Source: Marsupella aquatica (lineage: Eukaryota > Plantae > Marchantiophyta). From it: 64,000 nt of DNA. The notes beneath the pieces are model-generated. The model did not search any database and had not been told where the DNA came from. It worked only from the letters and a program-made list of their open reading frames with translations. The stretch spans positions 622,751 through 686,750 of the forward strand of contig OZ316898.1 of assembly GCA_973895155.1 (NCBI GenBank), given 5' to 3'. Positions 51,608-62,703 of this stretch are shown one piece after another (the stretch's first letter is position 1; every line of letters starts with the position of its first letter). The translations under genes and the position numbers were made by a program.

Positions 51608-54096
51608 CGGTGATTATACCGGTGTCACAAGTTCTTCCTCAAACGGGAGCAGCTCCTCCTCAGACTCTCCGTCTGATCGTCGCAATCCTGAAGCTCCACC
51701 GACGCCAATTCTTCCAGTATCCTTTGAGTCACTCATATGAAACAATCACGAAAACGTCTTTTTTCAAAACTTCTCATAAAACTCAAAACTCAACACCGCT
51801 GCGTAGCCCACGAAGCTAGGAGTCCAATACTGAAAGCCGAAATCAAAATCGAAATTCAACGGAAAAGTTATTCAAATTTCGGTCGGGGTGGGTAAAACCT
51901 TGGAAAACTCCCCCGTTTTGACCACCTCGGAGAATAACCAAAATACCAAGTACAACCCGTCGTCGAAATCGCGATGTGATCGGTGCGCCGCGTTGCTAAC
52001 TCCAGTGGCAGGGCGCAGGCAGGGTCGCGGCTGGCGCCGGCGGGGTGCGAGCCGGTAAGGAGGGCACGGGGGTTCGTGAGGGCAGGGCCGTTCCAAAGGA
52101 GTAAACGGGGCCTTAAGAGGGGGGGCGAGGCGTGAAAAAAAACATGCAAATAGCGCCGACCGGCGCTGCGTGAGGTGCCGGTGTGCTTGGAGTGCAGGGG
52201 GGAAACGAACGTGTATACGGTGGGGGTATACGGGTGTATGCACCTTGTGTGTGTGTATACACAGACAAGAAAGTGCCCTAAACCCCCCCAAAGGCCAAAA
52301 AACTCCCTTAAGTTAAATGGAGATAACTCACATCAAATGCCGCTGTTTGAAACGAGAAAAGTGAACGCCGTCGACAGAAAAAGTTGCCAAATTTCACCGG
52401 CACTATCTGCTGCTCCAGCAGAGTAAATTATTGTCGCCGCGTCGCCTTCACTCTGCGTCAAGTAACAATCCCGGGCTCAAAATGACCGCCTCGCCGTGAT
52501 CAAACCGTTGAGCCGTGGCACTTCGTGTTTCTTCCACCGAGTTGGACGTCACGAAGAGAAACCCGGTTCAGATGAGAACAAGCTCCATAGCTTGTGAAAA
52601 AACCTGAACGCCTCCGTCACTCGTCACGTCGCACTCGGTAACACCTCGGCAACAATCCAGCTACCGAAACGATCAGCTCGCTTCAACCTTCAACTTGAGC
52701 TATAATGTGCGATCGCCCGAACACCGCACAGCTCACACCTTTGAAAAATGTGAACTCTGGTCTCTCCCCCGAAAAGCCGTCGAACACGAATAAAACCTGA
52801 ACGACGCAAACTTCAATTTCTCCGCACCACGGATACCGATCAGCAAGTTCTAACCACCGTTAGAACGCCCTCTCACTAACCTATCCGCTTAGCCACACAC
52901 ATTCGAGTTTCATGCGATGAAACTCCGAATGTCTCATCGATAATGAACGTTGGAAAAACCTATCACGAAAAAACCTCGTCACTTCCCAGGCATGCTCTGA
53001 TACCACTTGTTGAGCATAGACAACATTCGTAACGGCAAACCCATGAACCATCCAACGCACAAGAGTCGACACAGAGAGATACGTGGTTCACCTCCACATG
53101 AGGCTACGTCCACGGGAACACACAAGAGCTTTACTGCACTCTAGGCCGACCGGCCATACCAAGCATCCACAGCACAAGCTCTCCCTATCTCTCAACTAGC
53201 TCCATAACAATGAGCCTAAGTTCCACCAGGGTCTGGCATCAGCCCTGGCTATATGCACAACAGCACTACCGCTAACATTAGCTAAGTCCTAACCCGAGTT
53301 AGACTAATTGTGGTTAGCTCATGAGTCACAAGACTAGAGCAATATCTAACAATCACGTCTCCCTTTTGTTTTCATTCTATATTTAGCCTGAACATTGTGT
53401 TTTAAAGGATGTGTACAAATATTTTCTTTGCCTTTCTGGATTCCCTCCACTTTCTGGAGTTGAATAAACAAAAGAATTCTCTTTGTCAAGCCTAAGTAAT
53501 CTATTTGCGTAGTTTGAATAAAGTGATTCACCAGGACAGAATGTGACAAAATAAATGGCCCATGAAGGAGATGAATTGACTTCTTCATTGTGAATTCTTC
53601 TCCTTGTGGGCCACCCTTAGAAAGAGATGTGGATTGGTCCCTATCAGCCGTGGGTTGAAACGGACTTTCAAAAGCATATGTAGCCCATGGAGGTGGGTTT
53701 AAAATTGATTCCGAGTCCCTACAATTCATTCATTGAAAGTATGTGCACAAGGTCATAAGGGACCAAAGTCATTACTTTTATTAACAAAATTGAAAAAACA
53801 AGTTTGGAAGCTTTGAGTGAGGAAAACTTTGCCGCAAAATGTGATCCTCCAAGCCTGCTAGGTATTTATGGTACACCTGAGGCACTACAAGTTGAGTTCT
53901 AAGCTTCAACTCAGCAACTGGCACAAAATCAGACTATCCACTTCTAAGCCTAGTCACTATTTGCTATACACCATGCTCCCAGGCTACTCGTGAGAGTATG
54001 ACACAGCAAGGAGATTCTCAATAGTGGTCTTCCACTCGTTCACATTACAGGGCACCCACTTATGAGTGTCGTACAAAACAAGTTACCCACTCTTTT

Positions 54097-54459
54097 TGTT
54101 GAGCATTAATGACATTCACAACGGCAAGTCCATTACCATCCAACGATTAAGTAGTCAACATATAGACTGAGATATGTGGTTCACCTCCACATGAGGCTAC
54201 ATTCACGGGAGCACACAAGAGTTGTATTGCATTCTAGGCCGACCAGGCATACCAAGCATCCACAACACAAGCTCTCCCTATCTCTCAACTGGCTCCGTAA
54301 CAATGAACCTGAGTTCCCACTATTCAAGCAACACCATTTGGGTATAGTATGTGCACAACATGCACAACTAACCCGGGGACTAACCTAACCTAGGCTGCGA
54401 CTAAGGTTAGCCCTAATTGTGGTCAATTGTAACTCTAGACCTAAGAGTTAATCCTAACA
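54097..54459. mobile_element. Solo LTR related to the adjacent copia, near-TSD CTTTT/CTTTC
   Basis: TGTTGAGCAT...CCTAACA. The first ~220 bp are colinear with the 53008 LTR; the rest diverges. Confidence 0.88.
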
Positions 54460-54699
54460 CTTTCCACTAATAAAGTGTCCAGGTAGAAGAGTTCTGTCAC
54501 TACCAGACAATCACTCTTTTCTAGAAAACAATAGCACAGCTCTCCATAGATCTGAATTTTTTGTGATCTCCTAGAATTTCAGCTGGATTTTCTAACTAGA
54601 TTCTCTACTGCTAACCAAAATCACAATCCTCAAAACAAAAACCATATGTTCGGGCAATGTTGTCATTGTTCTCCACGTTCCAAAATTTAAACTGAGTGC

Positions 54700-55385
54700 A
54701 TGCACCATATCCATGCCATGTCCATATCTAGCCTAGTGGAAGATACAAGCTGGAACTTCCACTTTGCATTGGTGACGAAGGTGTGGTATTCGTGAGGTAC
54801 AACCATCGATCAATGTGCAAGTTGACTCGGTTCCTCACAATCACAACAAACCTACAATGTCCATGTTGTAAACCAAAGGTTCTCCATTGCCCGCATTTGA
54901 ACTTTGAAGCGCAACATATTGTGTACAGTCACTCTTGAATGAGTGTCGACTAACTTCAAGGATAACAACCGCAAAGGCCAATTGAAACTTACAGAAAGGA
55001 CTGAGATGCTGTTGAATTTCCTACTGACAATGATGGTAACATTGTAAGCACTGACCTGTGAAAGCTCTGAGTAGTACGCTTTGCTTTGTCGCCTTCAATC
55101 TTAGTCGACATTTTGAACTTCTATTGTGATTTGCGCCAACCTCTCCGGAAGTTATCGATGCTTGTAGGACTTGCTCATGACTTTTTCTAGTCACCACAAA
55201 CCTTGTGTACGCATCCCTTCTTTGCCTCACGGTATGGCTACGGCCTTCATTCCTCAATGTCTCCAATGAATGTAGCACTTCAGCCTTCTTGACTGTGAAG
55301 CCCACACTGTCAGCTATTTTGAAATTCTGGAGCAACACTTAGGACCCTTTGCAGTCAACGTTAAGGGCTCATGGTGGTTTGGAAC
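54700..55385 (-). pseudogene. Second MULE transposase relic (N-terminal part), inverted relative to the one at 44111
   Basis: 55083-55385 is the reverse-complement homolog of 44111-44393 and encodes CRLRLKA. Confidence 0.7.
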
Positions 55386-56260
55386 CCCGACACGATTGCC
55401 ACCCCTTTCATCAGTTTCAACACCTAGGGACGTAAATGCTAGTGAATTGTTGTAGCCACAAATGTTCTTCTAGAATGCTATAGCTGTGGCATTGGTACCA
55501 ATCAGCAAGCCTCAAACCCAGTCTTGTAAAGAGCCATCAATGAGCCATCCCTTGTCAAAGACATCTACATGTTGTGACACAATGTTGGTTATGGGCTCGC
55601 ACGGTGGGGGAATGGAAAATACCTCCGGAGGCTGGTCAACCTTACATGCATCCAAGGCACCATCAATGAGCTAACCTTCATCAAACATGGGAGGGTCAGA
55701 TGAATTGCTCACAGGCGTCACTTCACGGCTGGATATTGCACTTGGGGCAACCTCTCAGCTGTTATTGATAGCAATGGATCTGGCCAAGGTTTGTTGAGTA
55801 GCCCTAGCTTCACGGCGAAGCTTCCTTCCACTATTTGTGCGACTAGAGGCCAGAGTTGATCCTAAACTTGCCCCTGCAAGGGAGAGCAATGGTCTCGCCA
55901 ATGGTCTTGTTGGAGTTTGTCATGGTGCCCTGGCTTTGCGCCGTAGTTGTTGACCACTAACTCTGTGGGCAAGTGGCACAGCTGGGCACATCATTCACCT
56001 AAACCACTTGGTTGTGGTGCCAAAAGTGCCACACTTGGTTCCGGCACCGAAGAACCCATAGTTGGTGTGGCACTTGGTTGTGGCACCGCATAGACTCTTG
56101 CAATCATCGCTGAGTATATTGTTGCCAACGCCTTGCATTTATTGCTTCCTTATTTTGGGCATGAAACTCTCAAAACCAGTCCATCATGTGCATCCAACCC
56201 ACACAACTTATGAGAATTTTTTATGCACCCCCAATCAAGCTCAACAAATGAATGTGGTTT

Positions 56261-57114
56261 GGCTGCTATTTCGACAGGATTTGCCAAGCGGGCGAGATAG
56301 CCCCCGCAAACCCCAAGAACCTATGGCACCCCCAGACCCAACTGAGCTTAGGAGGACGTAGTATTCCTTGAGAGCTTTCCAACGCACCCAAGAAGTCCTC
56401 CAACGGACTCCCGTTGGGAAGTTATCGTCATTTTTGTTTGGCGTTTTCCCTTAGTGTCACGACTGCCACGGCTCAGGACTTTGGCTTGCCTTTAGCCCCC
56501 AGGGAGACACCACTCCCCTCATATATGCTTCTGGAAACTTGCCACCCGTGGACCAACTTGGTCCCCAAATTTTGGCCCCCCACCTAGACCCCAACCCGCA
56601 AGTCTAGGCATGCCACCAATTGACAATGCCCATAACTTTCTAGTTAGGTATCCGTAAGGGGAGTGCCTTAGTTAGCCCATTGTGATCGGGCCAACACAGT
56701 GCTCATGCCTAGGCCCTCGGATCACATCGTTGCCTAGGAACTCCAATCAACCAAACCTGGATCAGGCCCAAACTTGTGCCCCAAGCGTCCGTTGCCCATG
56801 GGGTCAACTCCATTGGCCTTGGGCCCAAGAGGAGATCTCACTCAAGCCCTCATAACTCAAACTAAGTCCGTCCGGGGGTCCAAACGGTTGACCTTGAGCT
56901 CGGCCCTTTCCCCTTTACCCAACCAGCCCTCGGCTAGTCTAAGTCCTTAGTGTGTGCCACCAGCTCAGCGCCTTGCCTTTACCAGTGCCACGCCCCATTG
57001 CCCACAAGCCTCCCCATGCTAAGTCCTCCCCGGATGGCCGTTCTGGGCCTGGACCATAGGGGAGCTCGGTGTCAAAGTCAGTGACATCAAAGCTAAGTGT
57101 TAAGGTAGTTGAGT
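56261..57114 (+). repeat. Dispersed ~850-bp repeat, copy 2
   Basis: Colinear with 11313-12160. Confidence 0.9.
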
Positions 57115-57815
57115 TATGCGATTGGCTGGCTGGGTCCAGGCACGCATGGGAGTGGAGGGGAGTGTCGTGGCAAGAGGACTGGCTCGCATGAGGAGGGCAG
57201 GGCTGGCAAGGTGCTGCAAGGGCTGTTGGGGCGACCCAGGCAAGGGCAGCCCAGGCGAGGCAGGAGGCCTTGACTGCTGCAGAGGGCAGACACAATGCCG
57301 TAGGGGCTGGCCGTGGCCGTGGCAGGGCAAGGAGATCCAGGCGCGGGATGTGGCAGGCAAGCACGATAGTGAGCGGGGTGCGGTGGAGGACCACTGTGCC
57401 GCAGGGTGGCCGTGGCAGGGCATACGATCAATGGCAGGAGGGCCGAGCCAAGTGAGAGAGGGAGAGCGAGGGGCTGGTAGGGCGATCAAGGCACGGGGTG
57501 GCAAGGCAAGTAGCACGGCTGCCACAGGGCGGAGGGTGATCTAGGCGCTGGGTGCCATGGGACGCAACGGGGCAGGCCCGCACGGGCCACAATGGTGGTG
57601 GGGTGCGGTTGGGAGAGCCAAGGGGTTTTCGGATCCGGGGCTGGCCACGCCTGGACTGGGGAGGGAGGGAAAACCAGGGAGGGTTGCGGTGGGGCAGAGG
57701 CGAGGGGTGCTCGTGAGGGGGCCGTTGTAGGCAAGCACAATAGGGGCAGAGAGGGCAGGTTCAGGGCGAGGGGGCCAATCCAGGTGCGGGGGCAGGGAGG
57801 GCCGATGCAGGGCTA

Positions 57816-58848
57816 CTGTCGTCCCCCGAACACAAGGCCCGGGCGATATATTCAAATATAGCGCCGTGTTCAAGTCTGAAGTCAATGTTTTCATTTTTTG
57901 GATTTGTGACGCGCGCTATGTTCGAAATGTGGCGTTGTGTTCAAAATGCGGCATTGTGTTCAAATTTAAGGTAATGTGCTTGAATTTTGGCATTGTGAGA
58001 TACATGTAGGGTGTAAGTAGGAACGGTAGACATATAAGTTATGTGTATTAGAGAGGAGTGTGTTCAAGTTTAGGGTTTTTTACTTCCCAACAATATATGC
58101 TCAATGAAAGGATGTGTAGCTAAATAATTGAACCACTGAAATTACACAAAGGAGAAATCAAATTTGCAATAGAAAACAAAACCTGACAAACCATACGTAC
58201 CAAGTGTACTATTATCACTTAGTAAAACATATTAGTCCACTTTTCACATTTGTTCGATTGATTGTGGCCAATTTGCTTGTTTCTATTATTTAATCTTTCT
58301 TCATGCAATCTAGAATGTTCATGAGACTGCTTTGTTTCTATTGGAGTGCCTCGATCTTGAGGGCAATTAATATATGGAAAATTGGAAATAGAGAAAGTGA
58401 GTCATCAGACCTAATTATGCATGTAGGTACTATGGGTTTCTTTGACGAGATGCCGTGGCGTCAGTTAGAGGTTGATGTGAAAGTCTGTCAAAAGTTCACA
58501 CAACAAAACAATATATCGATACTTCCGGAATGCTGCTTAATATTTTGGAAACAGCGTACACTTCTACGAGAATGAAGGATTTGGAAATTAGCTTACATTT
58601 CTTAAGGATGATGGATTTCGTAAGTTGAAAGAGCGGATGTGTCGGACAATTTTAAGTAACGTATTGTAGTAAGTTGCAACCCGGTTACCTTTCTCCTATA
58701 GTCACTTGTGCACATTTTTGAACACAAAGTCAATTTCAAACACAGCACCCGGGCGTTGTGTTAATATGGTTCTGTGTTTGAGTGAAAATGTCTTATTTGC
58801 CTAAAGTCCCTGTTTTGACAATATTCGAACACGTTCTGGGGAAGACAG
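57816..58848. mobile_element. 1033-bp Tc1/mariner-type non-autonomous element with TA TSD
   Basis: TA|CTGTCGTCCCCCGAAC...GTTCTGGGGAAGACAG|TA. AT-rich island in a GC-rich tract. The reconstructed empty site gcagggcTAgccac matches the uninterrupted copy at ~59329. Confidence 0.85.
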
Positions 58849-58934
58849 TAGCCACAGAGAGAGGCAGGAGGGGCGTGCGAGGCAGCAGGGTGAGGGGGCA
58901 GTGGCAAGCCTGGCAGCTGGTGCAGGCGTGCATG

Positions 58935-59214
58935 GGGTAATTGTAATGTGCGAGCAAACAGTAAATATTTTCCTCACACGAGCAAAAACAATTCTTGCAT
59001 GACCCCTATTTTTCTACATGCAACTGCCTCGCTATCAACTACCTGGTTGGTAACATCCCTTTTGGGGACTCCCTTTTAGCTAGTGAGCTCGCTAGCCATC
59101 TTGAGTCTTTAGAAAAACACAAAAAATATAAAAGGCACCAAAAAGCAGCTGAAATTTGGAGTCATTATTGTCTCGCTATCAAAATCTCCGGTTTGCTCGC
59201 AACATAGAATACCT
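58935..59214. mobile_element. Probable 280-bp MULE-type MITE
   Basis: Imperfect TIR GGGTA...TGTGCGAGCAAAC / GTTTGCTCGCAACAT...TACCT. Flanks GGCGTGCATG and AGCATGCATG (10 bp, two G/A differences). Confidence 0.55.
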
Positions 59215-60211
59215 AGCATGCATGGGAGGGAGGCACCCCAATGGCAGACCCTCACAGCAGCCGATGGCGAGGGAGGGCAGCCCAAGCAGCAGTCAATGGC
59301 CAAGGATGGCAGGGGCAGGAAGGGCAAAGCAGGGCTAGCCACGGCGAGAGGCAGGAGGGAGGGCTAGCCACGGAGAGAGGCAGGAGGGGCATGCGAGGCA
59401 GGCAGAACGGAAGGGCGCCGGGGCAGAAGGGGCGTGCGAGGCTGCCAGGCTTTGTACTCCTCGCCTGGAATTTGATGCGAGGAACGGCCCTTAATAAACG
59501 GGAAATAATCCAACGGCCACAGATGACTCCCGCCCTCAGCTCATTTCGTAAACAGATGAAAGGTGAAAAAAGGCTGCATCTGTTATTATAGTGTTAGACT
59601 GGATCTTCACATTATTATGACAAAGTCTTGTGCTTGAACAGGGCTTTATGGGATTTATTGGATCTTAAACTTGCAAGGGGGAAACATTGCAATCAGTGCC
59701 TTGCCCGATCAATTTGATTGGGAGAATTGGATCGTCAACTAGCAACACACTGTCGTACAGGACAAGAGTGAGTTTGAGCGATTGGATGCATTGGGAGAAT
59801 CAAAAGGAAGAAAAGAATGAGTGGATATTATCTAGCTGCAAATGAAGGAAACGAGCTTGAGGTCATTTCTTTTGGCCGGAGTACATTGATGTTCTCAAAT
59901 GTGGTCGTAATCTGTCGACCACTGACCGCCAGTCTGCCTTGAGTTGCTCTTAGAACATAGCTCTTAGAATACGCCAGCCCGTATAACGCCCCATTTACTC
60001 TTTCACTGCTCCTCATTCCTGTCCTGTGGTGGATAGCGTCCCACCATAAAAGGTGGAGCTCAAAGTACATTGCTCTCACCACCTTTTGTGGAGCTCAAAG
60101 TACATTGCTGAACCTGTGCACTTCACAATGAAAGCGACACCTGTAGCTACTCATAGGGCAGCATTGGACTTCTGATTGCGTGCACGAACACACTTTCGAG
60201 CACGCAGTGTA

Positions 60212-60290
60212 GGAGACACTATTGAAATCTGGAGACACTATTGAAATCTGGAGACACTTTGAAATCTGGAGACACTTTGAAATCTGGAGA
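60212..60290. repeat. Minisatellite GGAGACACT(A)TTGAAATCT x4
   Basis: Two 19-bp and two 18-bp units plus a partial unit. Confidence 0.9.
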
Positions 60291-61240
60291 TCTCCACTGA
60301 GAGATGATCATGGTGAAAACTAACAATTTAGTATGAGATTGAAGCTTATACGAGAACGATAAAACCGTCGACTGGCGGAAAGTGCTATAGTTTTCAAATA
60401 GAGTACAGAAGTAGCCAAGAATTGAAGCACGTACGTCCAGTCTCAAGATCTCAAGAGCACGCAATAGGACGTCAAAACGGAGACGGAAAGCTCAAGCCTG
60501 TACACGGTACCTTAAGAAAAGAAAGCCATGATTGCAAATACTGTATGATTTGCCACCTCCACACGCATTTACTTTTCACCAAGATTTGACCTACGTTGAG
60601 AATATCTGGGCAGCGTACTGACGGTACTATCTAACTGAAAGATGAGGGTACAAGATCGCGACTGCAATAATTTGGGGGAGGCATTGAGGACAAGCAACGA
60701 GGATTGAGGATCTCAAGCACATCCCGAAAATGCTGGGGATGTACATTCCAACGATTACCTTCGCTGGGGTTCAGTAACTAGTTGGTACGAATTCAACATA
60801 AAGTACGTCAAAAATTGAAGGAACGTCAGCAGACGGCGGTCTCTATTGTTCTCAAAACCGAAGGAGGTTCGGCTCTAAACGAAAAGGTTACCCGAATGAT
60901 GAATAAGCTAGACATTCAGTCCAGATCTGGTCGGAATAGACCGAGGAAGGGACCTTCGAAGCAGTGCACACTGTTTTAGAAAGCTTCCCTTCATCTGGAG
61001 CATTCATGAACCGTGTTCGATGAATCTATCATTTCAATCCTGTCAAGCTATTAGAGTACGTTATTTCCTCCTCTCGTGGTGGAAAAAGCTGGTCTCTACT
61101 CCTTCAGGCCTCTGCAACTTATGAGCGGCAAGCCCTTATCGATTCCAGCTGGGCTACTTTGGAATCTACTTGCGGCAGCTTGATCGATCATAAATAAAAC
61201 TCCCACTAACGAAATCTGACGCGGACCTTCATAAGACGCC

Positions 61241-61458
61241 CCCAACGTCAAAACGGTCCACCACAGCTCGGGTGCCTGCGGAAAGAAATGCACCTCGCCT
61301 AAGACCTGCTCTGGTGGCAAATGCGTGTCTTTGTGGACATAAGAAACAACTGTAAAAAGTGCGGCTGGACGACCCCCGCCAAAGCGTGTGAGTACAGAGT
61401 TTGCCAGTACAACACCGGCGGGCTTAGATTTTATTACGGTGAAGAGACAATGGACTGA
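61241..61458 (+). pseudogene. STIG1-like cysteine-rich peptide pseudogene
   Basis: PNVKTVHHSSGACGKKCTSPKTCSGGKCVSLWT, a frameshift at ~61340, then RNNCKKCGWTTPAKACEYRVCQYN. This resembles the STIG1 pattern NCG.CG.KC....CC.GKCV....D..NCG.C...C...C.YG.C.Y. Confidence 0.6.
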
Positions 61459-62703
61459 AGACATAGTAACACGGACTGGACGAGGGACCACATTATGGAC
61501 AATGGTGACTTCTATATACATTAGGAGAACGAAAAACTCATATGATTTCCAAGCTTTGAATATAACAATATGAGTGTAAGTAATATATATCTATGTGAAG
61601 TAGTACTGTCATTAGATGTAGAGCGAACGATCGACACCGATCTGGATGTGCTACTATTTATTCAACCTGGTGAATGATATATGGTTCCATTCGACACTAT
61701 CGATTGCAAGCGAGGGACCACTTTGCTGCTACCTGCGTAAATAGATACAGTAGATATATCGTCGGCCGCAGTAGATAGATATTTCCTCGATCTAGCGCAA
61801 GTGAGCAAGGGATCCAAAGTAGTCCTGGTAGAGCTGTGGAACATTCAGAATTCCAGCAGATTAAGGTTGCTCCTTCTATTTCAGATCTTAGCCAATCTGC
61901 TTTCGTCCATCAAAAAAAATAATGTAAGAGAACGCCTTCCTGCGCCTTTGAAGAACCTTGAAAGTTGTTCAGAATTGCAACTGCGGCTGATGCTTCCTAT
62001 CTTGCTTTTCTAACACTTCAGTTCTACGCACGCGTGTTGCAGTTAATTATGAGTGCTTTGATAATGAAGGAACATTTTTGTCTTCAAGTAGTCTCATTAT
62101 GTGCAACGGGTCTATACATGTTCCAAAATGCTGGGAAAACCTCCACTGATTTTGCCATTGCAAGACTCCTGTGATGTTAGGAATCCAGAGCTAAACTGTC
62201 TGGGGAATGAGATGTTCCTCAGTGATTTTCTCTTAGACTCCTGGCTATCCCATGTCGAGGTTCATTCACAGTAGTACCAGACATACAAGCCGAAGTTGTA
62301 ATTCATTTGGAGAAAAAGGAGTTTCGCCTGGGACTGAACGAATGAGTTACCAGGGAACCCAATGTGCCACTTGGCTGCTCGTGCAGACAGTTTCATCGGT
62401 TTAATGGTGCAGATTCAGTTCCCAGTAGCACAAATATTATTATATCAACGCTCTCTGTCAGCCCTACTATTGTAAATGGGACAACGACAATACTAGGGCT
62501 GGAATGGTTTTTGCCCTGAAATTCAACTTTAATACGTAAAGGACAGTATACAGAGAAAATTGTTCACATTTGTTACCTCTAATCCAGTATTGGTCCTGCA
62601 TGTTTGACCAGGAGGTGATTTAGTATTAAGATATACCTTTAATTAAGACAATCGGGTCGTTCTTCCCTTTAGCTCGCTTCAGCATTTTATCTTTACGAGG
62701 TAT

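Larger units (their letters stand above)
46905..53351 (-). mobile_element. Full-length Ty1/copia LTR retrotransposon (6447 bp), coding region disrupted
   Basis: LTRs 46905-47248 and 53008-53351 (344 bp, 8 transitions). TSD ATCAC. PBS TGGTATCAGAGC at 52994-53005. PPT AAGGGGGAGTT at 47249-47259. Domain order gag-PR-INT-RT-RH. Confidence 0.97.

Noticed and set aside
56939-57894. Several overlapping 100-150 aa ORFs
   Set aside because: By-product of GC-rich low-complexity repeat DNA with few stop codons; no recognisable domains.
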